Shown in pieces: positions 48,949-61,797 of a stretch of DNA of 64,000 nucleotides (the stretch's first letter is position 1; every line of letters begins with the position of its first letter). The notes beneath the pieces are model-generated. The model did not search any database and was not told the origin of the DNA. It saw nothing but the letters and a program-made list of their open reading frames with translations. The stretch lies in NCBI GenBank assembly GCA_964252035.1, contig OZ176211.1; one strand, written 5' to 3'. The translations under genes and the position numbers were made by a program. This stretch comes from Podarcis erhardii. Lineage: Eukaryota.

Positions 48949-49298
48949 GGGACGCAGGTGGCGCTGTGGGTTAAACCACAGAGCCTAGGACTTGCCAGTC
49001 AGAAGGTCAGCAGTTCGAATCCCCGCGACAGGGTGAGCTCCTGTTGCTCGGTCCCTGCTCCTGCCAACCTAGCAGTTCGAAAGCAAAGTGCAAGTAGATC
49101 AATAGGTACCACTCCAGCGGGAAGCTAAATAGCGTTTCTGTGCGTTGCTCTGGTTCACCAGAAGTGGCTTAGTCATGCTGGCCACATGACCCAGAAGCTG
49201 TATGCCGGCTCCCTCGGCCAATAAAGCGAGATGAGCGCCGCAATCCCAGAGTCCGTCACGACTGGACCTAATGGTCAGGGGTCCCTTTACCTTTACTT
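48949..49298 (+). mobile_element. Sauria SINE, full length, subtype B
   Basis: GGGACGCAGGTGGCGCTGTGGGTTAAACC...CCCTTTACCTTTAC. Confidence 0.95.
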
Positions 49299-49369
49299 TA
49301 TGGGCTTGCTCAGGAAAAGATTTGGTTGAGGGAACTTTTAAACCTGGGCATTCCCTGCTCTTACACTCT

Positions 49370-49642
49370 AGAAGAAGAAGAAGAAGAAGAAGAAGAAGAA
49401 GAGGAGTTTGGATTTGATATCCTGCTTTATCACTACCCGAAGGAGTCTCAAAGCAGCTAACATTCTCCTTTCCCTTCCGCCCGCACAACAAACACTCTGT
49501 GAGGTGAGTGTGGCTGAGAGACTTCAAAGAAGTGTGACTAGCCCAAGGTCACCCAGCAGCTGCTTCTGAAGGAGTGGAGACGCGAACCCGGTTCACCAAA
49601 TTACGAGACTACCGCTCTTAACCACTACACCACACTGGCTCT
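49370..49642 (-). mobile_element. Squam3-type (MIR/Ther1-derived) SINE with (TCT)n tail
   Basis: Antisense AGAGCCAGTGTGGTGTAGTGGTTAAGAGCGG (A box)...GAACCGGGTTCGCGTCTCC (B box)...GGGTGACCTTGGGCTAGTCAC CORE; (AGA)n at 49370-49402. Confidence 0.88.
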
Positions 49643-50363
49643 AGCCACATCAGCTCTCAATTATGAGTTCAGGAAGTTCCAGCAGCCCCTAGTTTATCAT
49701 TAGGTCAAGAGAGAGATGCATTTAATATTCAGTATGGTGTGTGATGTGCAAATTGTTTCATAATCTTCTGCAGCCTGGCCTGTTCTATAGCCCAAGAGGC
49801 TTGAATATTTGGGGCACAGTCTGATAAAAGTCGGCTCGGTAAACTGCCTGCTCGCCTGCCAAGTTTGGAACCTTCAACATATTGCGCTGAACTGGTTTGC
49901 TAATGATGCAATCTGGTCTCTGCGTGTCACCAGAATAAATTCAGAACAAGCAACGATAGCACAGCGCCTGTTTAGTGGGTCGGAGCTGCGTGCCATGTTT
50001 TAACGCTTCCTCCTGAGATCAATTTCTTAATCGGAAAGAGATTTAAAGGCCCTTGAAGGGAAACAAGCATGCTGCAGTCCTCTGTACATCTTTTAGTAGC
50101 TCCAAGTTATATTGCTCCCTCTCTGCTCTACCATTTAAATAAACAGCAAAGCTTCCACAACACTCCGACCTTCAAAAAATGTTTTTTGTTGAAGCTGAGC
50201 AAGTCTGTCGTCTGTCCCCATGAAAATGTATTTATTAAAGGTTGTTAAACAATAAAACAATTCAAACCCAGAAGTGCCCCAGTACAATTTGAAAGATAAG
50301 GGACATACAAATGCAAAAAATAATAATTATATTTATATATTTTCCTGCTCACTAAGCAACACA

Positions 50364-50719
50364 GGCGGACGCAGGTGGCGCTGTGAGTTAAACCACAGAG
50401 CCTAGGACTTGCTGATCAGAAGGTCGGCGGTTCAAATCCCTGCGACGGGGTGAGCTCCCATTGCTCGGTCCCTGCTCCTGCCAACCTAGCAGTTTGAAAG
50501 CACGTCAAAGTGCAAGTAGATAAATAGGTACTGCTCTGGTGGGAAGGTAAACGGCATTTCCGTGCGCTGCTCTGGTTTGCCAGAAGTGGCTTAGTCCTGC
50601 TGGCCACATGACCCGGAAGCTGTACGCCAGGCTCCCTCGGCCAATAAAGCGAGATGAGCGCCGCAACCCCAGAGTCAGTCACGACTGGACCTAATGGTCA
50701 GGGGTCCCTTTACCTTTAC
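50364..50719 (+). mobile_element. Sauria SINE, full length, subtype B
   Basis: Full body; 12-bp TSD CTAAGCAACACA (50352-50363, 50720-50731). Confidence 0.96.
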
Positions 50720-53700
50720 CTAAGCAACACAATCTGCAGGTTAATGCACATTCAAGTAACCCCTCCACATTCTCCTATGGTGCAGTGGGGATAGGCAAGT
50801 TTCTGCAGTTACATAAGTAACTTATAAATGGTAAGCAGACTTTATCAAACCTATTTTGTTTTGCAGTACCTTGTACCACTCTCTAATGATGCATCAAATG
50901 TTCAGAGATGCTATGGCCCAAACACGCTTCTCTAGAGGGCCCTCTAGCTGACTTTTGCAATCTCGCTACTTCTAGTCTAGTCAGTGCCCAAAGAAGTGTA
51001 ACCGGTTTCGTTTGAATGAAAGACTGATTACAGTCAGTCCCAAGAGATAATAATGCATAACAGGGGTCTAGAGTGAGTGACTGACTCGTGATGGGAGAAA
51101 TCTCTAAGAATGGGGTCAGGCCCCAAATCCCACCACTGCAAGGAACCCCACTGGAACTCTGTGCTATATGAATCCTTCATTCAAGTCCCAACACTCACTG
51201 CTTTCATGTCCTGAGCAACAAAGAACGTAAGAATATAAGGAGAGTCTGCTGGCTCAGGTCAATGGGCCATCTTGTTCAGCATCTCTGCTTTTGCAGTGAC
51301 CAACTGGATGCCTGTGGGAAACAAGCAAGTATGATTTGAACACAACAGCACTCTCCCGTCCTGTGGTTTCCAGCAGCTGGTATTCAGAAGCACTGCTACC
51401 TCCAACAGTAGCAGCTGGGCACAGCCATCCTGGCTAGCAGACGTGGATTTAGGGCAGTGCGAGTGGTGCAGTCCCACAGTGGGGCACACAGCCAAAGAGG
51501 GCACCTTCTCAAAGCCCTGTAAGCACTCGCTTGACTCTGGGAAGGAGGGCTCTGACAAGGTCCTAGAATCCTCCTACCACCTTCTCAGAGCTGGGCAAGT
51601 GCTTACTGGGCTTTGGGAAGGAGATAGGAGGCTCCTAAGACCCTGTCAGAGACTCGCGCCTCCTTCCGAAAACTGGAGTGGAGGGAATCAAACGGCCTTG
51701 CACAGGGTGGCATATTACCAGGGCCCTCCTCCTCTTTTAAAGCCATCCAAGTTGGTGGCCATCCCTGCCTCCTGTTCCATATGCACTACGTGAAGAATCA
51801 GCAATAAAAGAAGCGACTTTACTCAGTACTTTACAGGAGTACATGCAGTGGCAGCACCAGCCCACAAACATGCCCGCTCTATGAACGCTTGGGTTAATAC
51901 CAGCCAGTGCTGCGCGGTGTTCCAAGAAATCAGTGATCTGGAAAACTACCCGTTCCACAAATAAAGGGGGAAGATTTCCTGTTTGCTGTTACTCCTTCAG
52001 AGTTTGCCAGAAATTCAGCAGGAGCGATGGCAGCCTCTTACAAAACACCACCATTTTCTTGGCAGTGCATGCTATGGAAATATAACAACGATGATCAACA
52101 CGGGTGCTGTAAATAGTGCTTGTTCTCTCTTCCCTGAAAAGTGTGGAGTTCAGGGGCTTTGTAGATTTAAGCTCTTTTCAACGGAGAAAGACTGGGATGT
52201 GATGACACCTCACTTCTCTGAGGTACAGGCTCTCAAAGCTCCAGCACCAAGTTACTCCTGCCCGGGGTGTGGATTGGAAGGAATGCGGGGTAATTTTATG
52301 ACAGGTGTTCTGGGAACATTGCCTTAGTCAACGCAACAGGGCTCACTGGAATGGAGGGGAAATGAGTTCATCCAGCCTCTTGCCTATCACAGTGCTGGGA
52401 GCTGTATCTTATCTTCCAGTTACATATGTATAAATTCCATAAGCTAAATCCTCAATGCAACTCTAAATTATCTCTGTACAAACGGCTACATCTCTGTATC
52501 TCAAATATGTCACTTGAGGCTGCTTCCATCATCTCTCCCTCTCCCTCTCCCTCAGTACAAATGTTCATCCAAATGAGTTCTCCACTCCCATCCAGCCTCC
52601 AACGCCTGAATAAATGATTTCAAATATTAATATTCTTACATGAATCTAATATACTTTTTGCCACCGGCTAGTAGTACCAGGCTCTTTCATTGTTTAACAG
52701 AACGACAATGAACCTAATAACGCTTCCAACAATTATTGTAAAATTAAGAGAAACGTTACGTGTACAGTTCTGGTCAGTTCCCTGTGTAATGTTAGATTTG
52801 TATGAATAGTTTGAAAAACACAGCCCTATGCAATTTTCATAACAAAACAAATATCTGTTTAGATTTCTTCCTTCTGCGCCAAGCAATTAACAAACCTTGA
52901 CATGGGTTACTTCAAGCAAGGTATTCTGCACATCAATTACTGTGATTTTATGCATATCTAAAGACTGGAGTCTATCTACTGCCATTCACATTCCATAATT
53001 GACATTTTTACGACATTGGCATTTGTTGTTATTTAAGACAGACCCTATTTATGTGAATATTCAAAAAAAGGATGTTGCTGCACTTCAAACATGGACGCCG
53101 TTTTTTCCATATTATAATATGCAAATTTGTGGCAGTCTTCGGTAAAACCTGCAGCAGTGATTGGTTAGGCCAAGATGACATTGTGGAATGTTCACAAGCA
53201 TTATGCTAAGGAAACTGAACTGCCAGACGCCAGCATCTGTGAGCTTGGCTGGGAAAACTTCTTGTGATGTGCTCTGGAAGAGCAAACAGCTTCAAGAAGA
53301 AAAGAATTTTCCTCCATCCTTTAGAAGGTAGAGGGAGATCTGGTCAGGGAAGTTTCTTTGGGATTGGCATTTCAAAAATAACCAACATGGCCTTAGATCT
53401 TGTAATCACCCATGCATTTGAAGTATGGCCTCTTCAGATTATTTAAAGCATAAGGGGGAGCATGCATCTGGGATCACATTGTGTTGGCACGGTATCAGGA
53501 TATAGTTTCCTGCAGCAGAACAGTCACCCCAGGATGTAATATGACACAAATATAAGCAGTGTTAAAAGATACAAATAACGCTAAGGAAATACCATTGCTG
53601 TGGTAACTATTCCCCAATCAAGGCCCTTGGCAGCTACTGATTGAATCCTGGAAAAATCTGTCCGTTAACAGCAAACAATCTCCCGTTCCCTAATTAAACC

Positions 53701-54622
53701 CAAATTGCAAGAGCACACCAAGCCTACACCTGATTTCTGTTTGGCTCAGAGCACAATTGCACCAAAGAAACATAAATCAATGTGCCGAAAAATAAAATGA
53801 AAAACAATAAAACAACACGTGCCCTAACCCATGAGGGCAATGGGCAACTTGGAAATTTATCACAAAGAAGAAGAAAATTTCCCATTCCCATCTTGAGATA
53901 GATGCTCATAAGTGGAAGCTGATTACACGACAGTGTTCCTATCATAAGTTTAATTTTCAAAAAGGAGTTGTTTCGTGGATACACAGAAAGTGCCCTCTTA
54001 CGACTCCCCTCTTTTTTCTTTCTTTCGACAGAACATTTTCTACTTTAGTCTCATGTAATCAAAAGGGAGAGGGAATCATGAAAGGCTCCAGACTGAAAAA
54101 CCACACAGAGGGTTTATGTTCACTTTACAAAGTACACAATTGGTGATTTATTTTGTGTTTTATGAGAGGCAGGGAACGGCAATTGGCTAACATGGTCCCC
54201 AGCTTCGGACAGACACCTCAGGCTGTGGTGAAACATGACCTTTTTAGCTATCTAGCACAAAACACTGAGGGAGCAAATATAACATCCTGACCTTTTTCAA
54301 TACATAGCACTAAAATATCTGTGGGGCAAATGTCTTCGTCTCACATACAGCATCACCCAACTACGGCGCAAGGAATGTAATAAGCGGCAGAACTATTTCA
54401 TCAGTCCACTTTGGGGTGGGGGGCGGGGAGAGAAGGCAAAGAGATTCATTGGAACACGGGTCCCCAGTGCTCCCTGTACTGCAAGCCCTTGGACCCTGGC
54501 AGGATGAAATAGGGGCCAGGCCAGGCCAAGATTACAGCCACATACATCTTGCCTCATGCACAAGAATTTTATTGCACACACCCAGCTCTTGACAATTTCC
54601 CTTCCTTCAACATTTCCTCGTA

Positions 54623-54845
54623 CAGTGGTACCTCGGGTTACAGACGCTTCAGGTTACAGGTTACTAACCCAGAAATAGACCTCAGGTTAAGAACTTTGCT
54701 TCAGGATGAGAACAGAAATTGTGCGGCAGCGGCACGGCAGCAACGGGAGGCCCCATTAGCTAAAGTGGTGCTTCAGGTTAAGAACAGTTTCAGGTTAAGA
54801 ACGGACCTCCAGAACGAATTAAGTTCGTAACCAGAGGTACCACTG
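54623..54845. mobile_element. Tigger-like MITE, copy 2 (inverted relative to copy 1)
   Basis: TIR CAGTGGTACCTCGGGTTAC/GTAACCAGAGGTACCACTG; TA flanks. Confidence 0.9.
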
Positions 54846-55360
54846 TATTGCCTCGAGGGCTGTCACCAATGGGCCTTGACTTTCTGAGAGTACAAGGGGA
54901 TGAAGTGGTAAGAGAAACCTCCAGAAGAGTCCTGAGAGTGGACAGGATCCTTTAGGATCCCACACAGTATGTGGGGAGAACTTGCCTCTGCTCACCTTGG
55001 ATCATTTTCTGAGCCACATCCATAGCTCACTCCTGATGCAGAAAAAGGGAAGGAAAGCCCCCAACAGACATTGAGAAAAGTATTTCCCTCCGCTCCAAGG
55101 GCTACTGTGTACATTTCTCAAGGGACATCAGGGTTTGTTTTCTCTCTCTCCTGCTGATTTAAATGAGTGTACTGTACTGGCATACAGAAAAAGCTAAAGG
55201 AAAGTACTGGACTTTACTATTCCTGCCCATCACTATGAGGCCCTGAAGCTCACTGCCAAGCATGAGTTCCAAAAACTTGACTAGAATAAGGAATAAAAAA
55301 CTACCTTGCTCCTGGTAAGAAATTCAGGAAAACAGGACTTATATGCAGTCTCTCTTGCTG

Positions 55361-55527
55361 CACCGTATATTTAAAGCACATTTATAGCACTTGAACAGTC
55401 ACGGCTCCCCCCAAGGAATCCTGAGAACTGTAGTTTAACCCTCACTGAACTACAATTTCCAGCACCTTTAACAAACTACAGTTCTCACTGTTCTTTGGGG
55501 GAAGCTATGTGCTTTAAATGTACGGTG
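55361..55527. mobile_element. Palindromic MITE
   Basis: TIR CACCGTATATTTAAAGCACAT/ATGTGCTTTAAATGTACGGTG (20/21); inner arms GAGAACTGTAGTTT/AAACTACAGTTCTC. Confidence 0.8.
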
Positions 55528-55739
55528 AGGATGTGACTGTTATACTACTGTACTGTGCTGTAGCAGTGATTTCAACACTTACCCACCTCATTCTGTATCA
55601 TTTGTTTTTAGAACATTAAGCGGTAGTGGTTATTTCAACACATTTGCTGCATTTTGAGGCAAAAAAAGAAATAATGTATCTTCAAAACAATTCCACTAAG
55701 AAGAATATCTGCCTGTCTTTACTCTTACCCAGTGAGGCC

Positions 55740-56150
55740 ATTCTACCATATTAAGTCACATTGATAAGTGTGAAGACAATCAGATATTATTGTGGTGAAA
55801 ATGGTTTGCAGATGCATTTTTAGCCTTAAATACAATAAATGCACTTCAAACCAATCGTTCTCTAGTACAGGATTATAATCTGCTCTCATATGTTGCAAGC
55901 TAGAGATATTCAGACATTGGGGCAAGGCCCAAAAAGTGATTGTGGAAATCCTGTGCATTCTTCACATTTTACTTCCAAGTTTAGGAGACCGTTATATCCA
56001 TCATGATATACCTCTTGAAGGCTATTCATATTTAAAGGCACATGAAGACTCTTATCAGAGAGCATATGAATGAGAAAAATATATAGGTGGCTATAGAACT
56101 CATACAAAACTGGGGATCCTCTGGTCTTAGCCAAAAAAGTGTGTGAATGA
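55740..56150 (+). mobile_element. Possible highly decayed L1/Tx1 ORF2 C-terminal remnant
   Basis: Frames SHMLQ... and HWGKAQKVIVEILCILHILLPSLG loosely resemble the H.FW.C...FW..V...I..IL region of L1-clade ORF2; weak. Confidence 0.25.
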
Positions 56151-56769
56151 TTCAAGTATGTACCTTTGTTTTTTTTGTTTTGGTATAGTCTAGTGTTAAA
56201 GATTCCTGCTTATTTTCTCTGATTTTCTGCCTTATTATTCAAATGAAGAGGCAGTTTGCATTTTGCCAACTGGTGTTTTGAACTAAAGGAACAATCAGCA
56301 CATATATGGCTGAGGCAATTTTCAGGGATTGCTTATGCTCATTTAAAGCACCCAGACTTACTTACATTTATTTGTAAGAATTGGCTGTTAAAGAGATTTT
56401 GTGGTTACGTAATCTGGAGTATATTTGACACGATTTACAATCAGGCTAATATGAGAGAAGTCAGAAGTTCCTTACAGGGAAAGAAAGCAAGAGGTATGAA
56501 CCCTTCTTAGTTGTAAAGGAAAACAGAACGCAATAAAAGCTTGGCGACATAGCTTGGTTTAGGATTATAGCTTTTGCTTGTTCTGACACATTTAAAGGCA
56601 GAAAAAAAATATGAGGGTAAAGAAGGTTATTCATACTTCTAAATCACACACCAGTACTGTGAAGCATAACCAGACTGCTTCAGATTAAAATGAAAACTTT
56701 CATTAAAACATGCCCACCCTTAATTAAAGAGAGCTGGACTTTTGATACTGGTAATTTGGGTTTAGTATA

Positions 56770-57011
56770 CAGTGGTACCTCGGGTTAAGTACGTAATTCG
56801 TTCCAGAGGTCTGTACTTAACCTGAAACCGTTCTTAACCTGAAGCACCACTTTAGCTAATGGGGCCTCCTGCTGCCACCGCGCCTCCGGAGCCCAATTTC
56901 TGTTCTTATCCTGCAGCAAAGTTCTTAACCTGAAGCACTATTTCTGGGTTAGCGGAGTCTGTAACCTGAAGCATATGTAACCTGAAGCGTATGTAACCCG
57001 AGGTACCACTG
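56770..57011. mobile_element. Tigger-like MITE, copy 3
   Basis: TIR CAGTGGTACCTCGGGTTA/TAACCCGAGGTACCACTG; TA flanks; collinear with copy 1. Confidence 0.9.
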
Positions 57012-57214
57012 TATACACTTCCATGAATTTTGTGCATGCCCTTATTCAAGGTTGCATCTCTATCAGAGTCTGTTTCTTTACTGTAAAATTGGGAAGTGAA
57101 AATAATAGGTAAACATGACCAGTGCCAGAGAATAGTACTGGAGGACTACATTTTGGCAGCTTAACTGCAGATGCTGCAAAGCACAAGTCTGTCGCCAGTG
57201 CTACTTTTATATTA

Positions 57215-57830
57215 TGCCAATGGGGTGTTAGGAAAGATTAGTACCTCTGGTGGTGGCATGTTGTGGGGTAGTCTGTCTACCTTTGGTCCCCATCCTGCAC
57301 CCAGTTCTCACATGTGGCTCCTAGCTGTCAGCATGCGACAACGGCAACACCCCAGGAATGACTTCAACTGACCAGCTAAACCAAGTGAGTGTAGCCGATG
57401 GGTTTCAAACCCTTGTTGAGTTAAGGACTACCCCTGCATGCAAAGACAGGCTCTAGAAGATTGAGCAGACAAGACCAATAGTGGTCCAACTGTCAAGAAG
57501 GGAAGTGAGTGCTCATCACATGGGGCTCATCAACCTGGGAAGGTAGCCTATCTAGGAGAAGGAAAAGTCTGCTCCTAAAGCTCCACTGCCTTGCAGAATA
57601 TATTTGGGAGAAGAAAAGGCCAAGGAGTTAACCCTACACATATCCAGAGTGTACAGCTCCTTCCGGCAATGCCTGCAGCCAAGCTGATGCCAAATGCATT
57701 GATCTGCTTTCCTTTAGACCATATCAGTGAGGCTGAGAGGGGGGTCTTGTCGTCTGGACAGCTAAGGACCTCCATACACACTTTGGAGGTTGGAGAGGAT
57801 GTCCCACTGTAAGGACATATCAACACATGT
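57215..57830 (+). mobile_element. Probable RTE-clade LINE 5' UTR fragment
   Basis: CAACCTGGGAAGGTAGCCTATCTAGGAGAAGGAAAAGTCTGCTCCTAAAGCTCCACTGCCTTG resembles the conserved RTE 5' UTR block (recalled, not searched); no downstream endonuclease ORF. Confidence 0.45.
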
Positions 57831-58034
57831 GGTGGGAATGTCCAAAAGTAGAAGTCTTGGGAAAATGCATTTCCTTGCATATTCAAAATAAATTGCATAT
57901 TAGAAACAAAGAACTCAGAACACATCTTTTAACTGCTGCAAGAACAACTATTGCCAGGACATGGAAATAATTAAAATTATTATCTATGGACCAATAGTAT
58001 AATGCAATTTTGCATTGGGTGGCAACACGAGAAT

Positions 58035-58329
58035 GGGCCTTCTCTGCAGTGGCTCCCTGTCTGTGGAATGCTCTCCCCAGGGAAGTTCACCTGGCACCTT
58101 CATTATAGACCCTTAGGCGCCAGGCAAAAATGTTCCTTTTTAACCAGGCCTTGGGTTGATTTGATTGACATTCTATGCCCTTTTAAAATGTGGGGTTTGG
58201 GGGAGGGGCTATTGGGTTGTTGTTTTTATTTTGATTATGTATTTTGTGGTTTTATATTTTTATTTTATTCTCTGAACCACCTTGAGACCTGCGGATACAG
58301 GGTGGTATATAAATTAAATAAATAATTAA

Positions 58330-58368
<39 letters not shown>
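58035..58368 (+). mobile_element. L2 LINE 3' end with (TAA)n tail
   Basis: GCCTTCTCTGCAGTGGCTCCCTGTCTGTGGAATGCTCTCCCCAGG...GGCGCCAGGCAAAAA...(TAA)12 at 58332-58368. Confidence 0.85.
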
Positions 58369-58369
<1 letters not shown>

Positions 58370-59661
58370 GCCATAGTTTACAGCAGTTTGGCATGCATGA
58401 AGTGCATATTTAATTTTTTTCACTTCTCCCTTCCTCCCCCTTCCTATAAATTTCCATTGTTATTGATACAAAATACCTTTTCCTTATGGTCTCCAATTTA
58501 AGCAACACACGTTACTATGCATCATTTCATATCTGTAATACCTAATAATTTTGGTATATACACTTTGAAAGGACTTTGTAAATATATTCAGAAACATTTA
58601 TCTGAGTATTTAATGTTGTTTTAATTTTATGTAACTGTGCATGTCATAGCTCTAATGTAAGCAAAAATGTATCTCGATGCAACCATATCAAATAGTTTAG
58701 AGGTGATAACGAATAAAAAATATATATTGCAAAAACAAACAAACCTCAAAGTCTATGAGGATTGCATTGTAAGTTTTCTTCTCCTTTACTTTGCATGAGC
58801 TGAAAAACTGTCAAGAATTGGAAATCGAAAAAAGGAGCAGTCCTCAATATAATACTGTTGGGCTGTGTTTTTTAAGGTCAGTACAGCTTATAGTAATGAA
58901 TTCAGAAAGGTTACTATTGTTTTCTTTTGCTGATTCCCCACTGCCCTAAAACATAAAGAACGAAAAAAGGTCAGAAAGTAATGTTCCTAAGACAGTTTAG
59001 AATTTACTAATCTACTAGCAAGGTAAATAAAAAATGTGTTAATAGTATACACTCTGGACGATAAGATTACCAGTGGCATTTTGGCTGTGAACCCTCCTTG
59101 TTAGAAGAATGTAACCCAGAAAGCAAGGGGGAAATACTATCACCAAATATTTCCCATGTTTACAAATGCACATACACACACACAAAATCTTCAACAACAA
59201 GCAGTGGGTCGCTTAGGAACTCATCACAAGAAGGGAGAGCAATTTTATTTTCACAGATTTTTTTGTGTTCATCAGTACTGCAATTGAAATGGAGGGGGGA
59301 GTTTGAAAGCTTTTATTGTCAAAAGATAGGGTTCTTTTGTATGAATACAATCTGCAGCTCTGGGAGCTGAAGATTCACTGCTTTTAATAGACATTAGTCA
59401 TAAGGGTTGCAACGAGCTGCTTTTACATGGCTGATTTTGCACTGTGGCTCTAAACTGAAAGTATGAGCATCACCACAAAAAAGGACCAAGTAATTCAGGG
59501 AGTTTATCTTCCCTCTTGAAACACCTCAGGGAGAAGGTCTTCTAGGCTGGGTTGAGTCCTAGCATCTCATTTCATATAATCCAATGTGTATCTACTCAGA
59601 AGTAAGCCCTGCTAAGGTCAGATAAGAGAGTGTACAGAATTACAGTCTCATTCATTCATTC

Positions 59662-59712
59662 AAGATAAGATAAGATAAGATAAGATAAGATAAGATAAAA
59701 TAAGATAAGATA
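59662..59712. repeat. (AAGAT)n pentanucleotide repeat
   Basis: Direct reading, one variant unit. Confidence 0.95.
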
Positions 59713-60599
59713 TTCAGGTGAACATCACAAAGTGATTTACATAGACATATTAAAAACTATATGCACCAACTGAAAGTACAGAATAAAACAGTCAAAGGAA
59801 GCTACAAGAGAAAGAAAAAGTAGATTTCCTCTCCACTCAGGGCAGGATAGTTCTTGAGTGTCAGCTGGAGGAGGGAGAAGACATTTCAGCTGGGACAATA
59901 GCAGCCACTTGACCAGGGACTAGTCTTGGCCTGCCACGAGTTCCATTTTGGCCCATGAAGTCATTAAAAAAAGGACTGTGCCTACCTGTCAATGAGCTGA
60001 TGTTATGCCAACTGAAGCCCCTGATAAAACAGAGGAAAACCCTTCATTTTAGTGCAAACTCCTTGTGATCAGAGTGTTGCCAGCTTCCAGCCTAGCTGGT
60101 CATCAAAGTAAACGGCAGAATCCTGAGCACAGGATTCTGGCAAATGGCAGAATCCTATGCTCAGAATCTACTGGTGTAGCAAGCAACCATGGATTTAGTG
60201 ACCAACTCAAGAACAGACAGGAACACTCCCCCCCCCCCCCGAAAAGACATATGTTATCCACTGCAGATCTCATGTGGGTCTTGGTTATTCATGCAGGTCA
60301 AAGGGGAGAACAGCATGGGGCATCACCTATTAGACAGTTTTCCTGCATAAGCCCTGCTGAAATGAGTGGAAGCTTTGTGACAACATACCAGCTGCACAAG
60401 AGCTGTCATCCTCTACCCATAAGAACTAAAGGGTCTGGAAGAACTCAAAGACTGAGTATGATCCTCCTAATTTAGAACCATCTGCAGGAAAGGCAACAAT
60501 AAACCTCTAAAGACAAACAGTAAGTCAGCGTGCTATCTGATGTTATATATCACCTCCTATTTTGGAAAGTCTCCAACCACTTTGCCATGTGGTCTGGAT

Positions 60600-61740
60600 A
60601 AGTCAGAAGTTATATTGTTTGCAGACTTTTCCCTGAACCTTTTTTGGTACCTTAAGGGCAAGAGAATTAGTTGTCTCTTCTAGAAGAGATACCTTGAGCT
60701 GGACCTTAGCCTTTGGGGATGTATATACCACTCTGAGTAAGATGAATCTGTGAACTGGAAGGTGGAAAACAGGCCAGATGGCTTGTAGCATTAACATCTG
60801 TGTACGGTCATCACCAGTTTCTGCACAAGTTCTGCATGCCTACTGCAGCTAGTCAGGAGCAGGACCTTCTTCCCACTTTGCTCTGCCTGTTCCAGTTCAT
60901 TTCTCATGGACCAAAATGGTACTTCTCTCCCTAGATATAAATTAATTGCAGGTTTAGGATTTGATTCAATCCCTTCAGGATTGGATCCATCACATCTGAA
61001 TAAGTTTGGGAGTTGTCTGGGACCATCATCGAGTTTCTGATCTTGGATGGTGGTGGTTATCTGCCCAAGTAGTATAAATTTGCCCTGAGTTGGTGGCATC
61101 TCTCTAATGTTTTGTTCTGTTTAGTTGTTAATTGTCCTACCAAGTTGGTATGGCTTTACCGGCATAGCAGTGTTGGTTCAACAGCACACACTCAAATATG
61201 GGTGTGACTCCCAACTCATGCTGGGGTACTGTCTGTGCAATACTTGGCTTAGACAGAGAACCTTGCAGGGAGAATACCTGGTCTGTACACTGAGGACAGA
61301 GATGGCCATGTGGGGTCATCCAGTAACCATTGCAATACTCTCTTTGGCAGTATGACTGCTTCCGGCATTCTAGTTTGATATGCTGGAAAAGCCATTTTTA
61401 GGTTTCTCCTAAAATGGTTTGAAGGTGTATGGAGAAAAGTGTGGACAGGCCCACTATGCTGCTTCATGACCACCTGCGTATGGTGAGGTAATTTGACACC
61501 CAGGCATTTCTCATGAGCTACTTCTTATCTATAGACTAGATGGCAGTCATCTCTTGAACAAGAGCAATATCATTTGGCAGAGGAACGTATGAGTTATGCT
61601 GGTAAAATTTATTTAGGTTCCATGAGTGTAGAAGTGGAGTTGGGCTGAGGAGTTTTCTTTCAATGGTGATAAGGTAATGGGCAAGGGCTATAATCAAGGA
61701 GTAGGCAGGGTCAAACTTCACATATCATCATGGAGGGGCC
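60600..61740 (-). mobile_element. Decayed Ty3/Gypsy pol fragment (RNase H to integrase)
   Basis: Motif-like blocks in the expected order across frameshifts: SPTPLLHSWNLNKF (APIL.HPD...PF), EVAHEKCLGVKL (E.DAS...GAVL), CTDQ (TDH), CYAGKA (Y.PGK.N), YHFG (GHFG), ACRTCAE (C..C), KPSGL..LPV (P.GLL.PLP). Confidence 0.55.
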
Positions 61741-61797
61741 CTTAAGGAACCTTGTAGAGGTCAGAGTTCATGGGTCTGCTAATGCCAGGTAGTTGCA

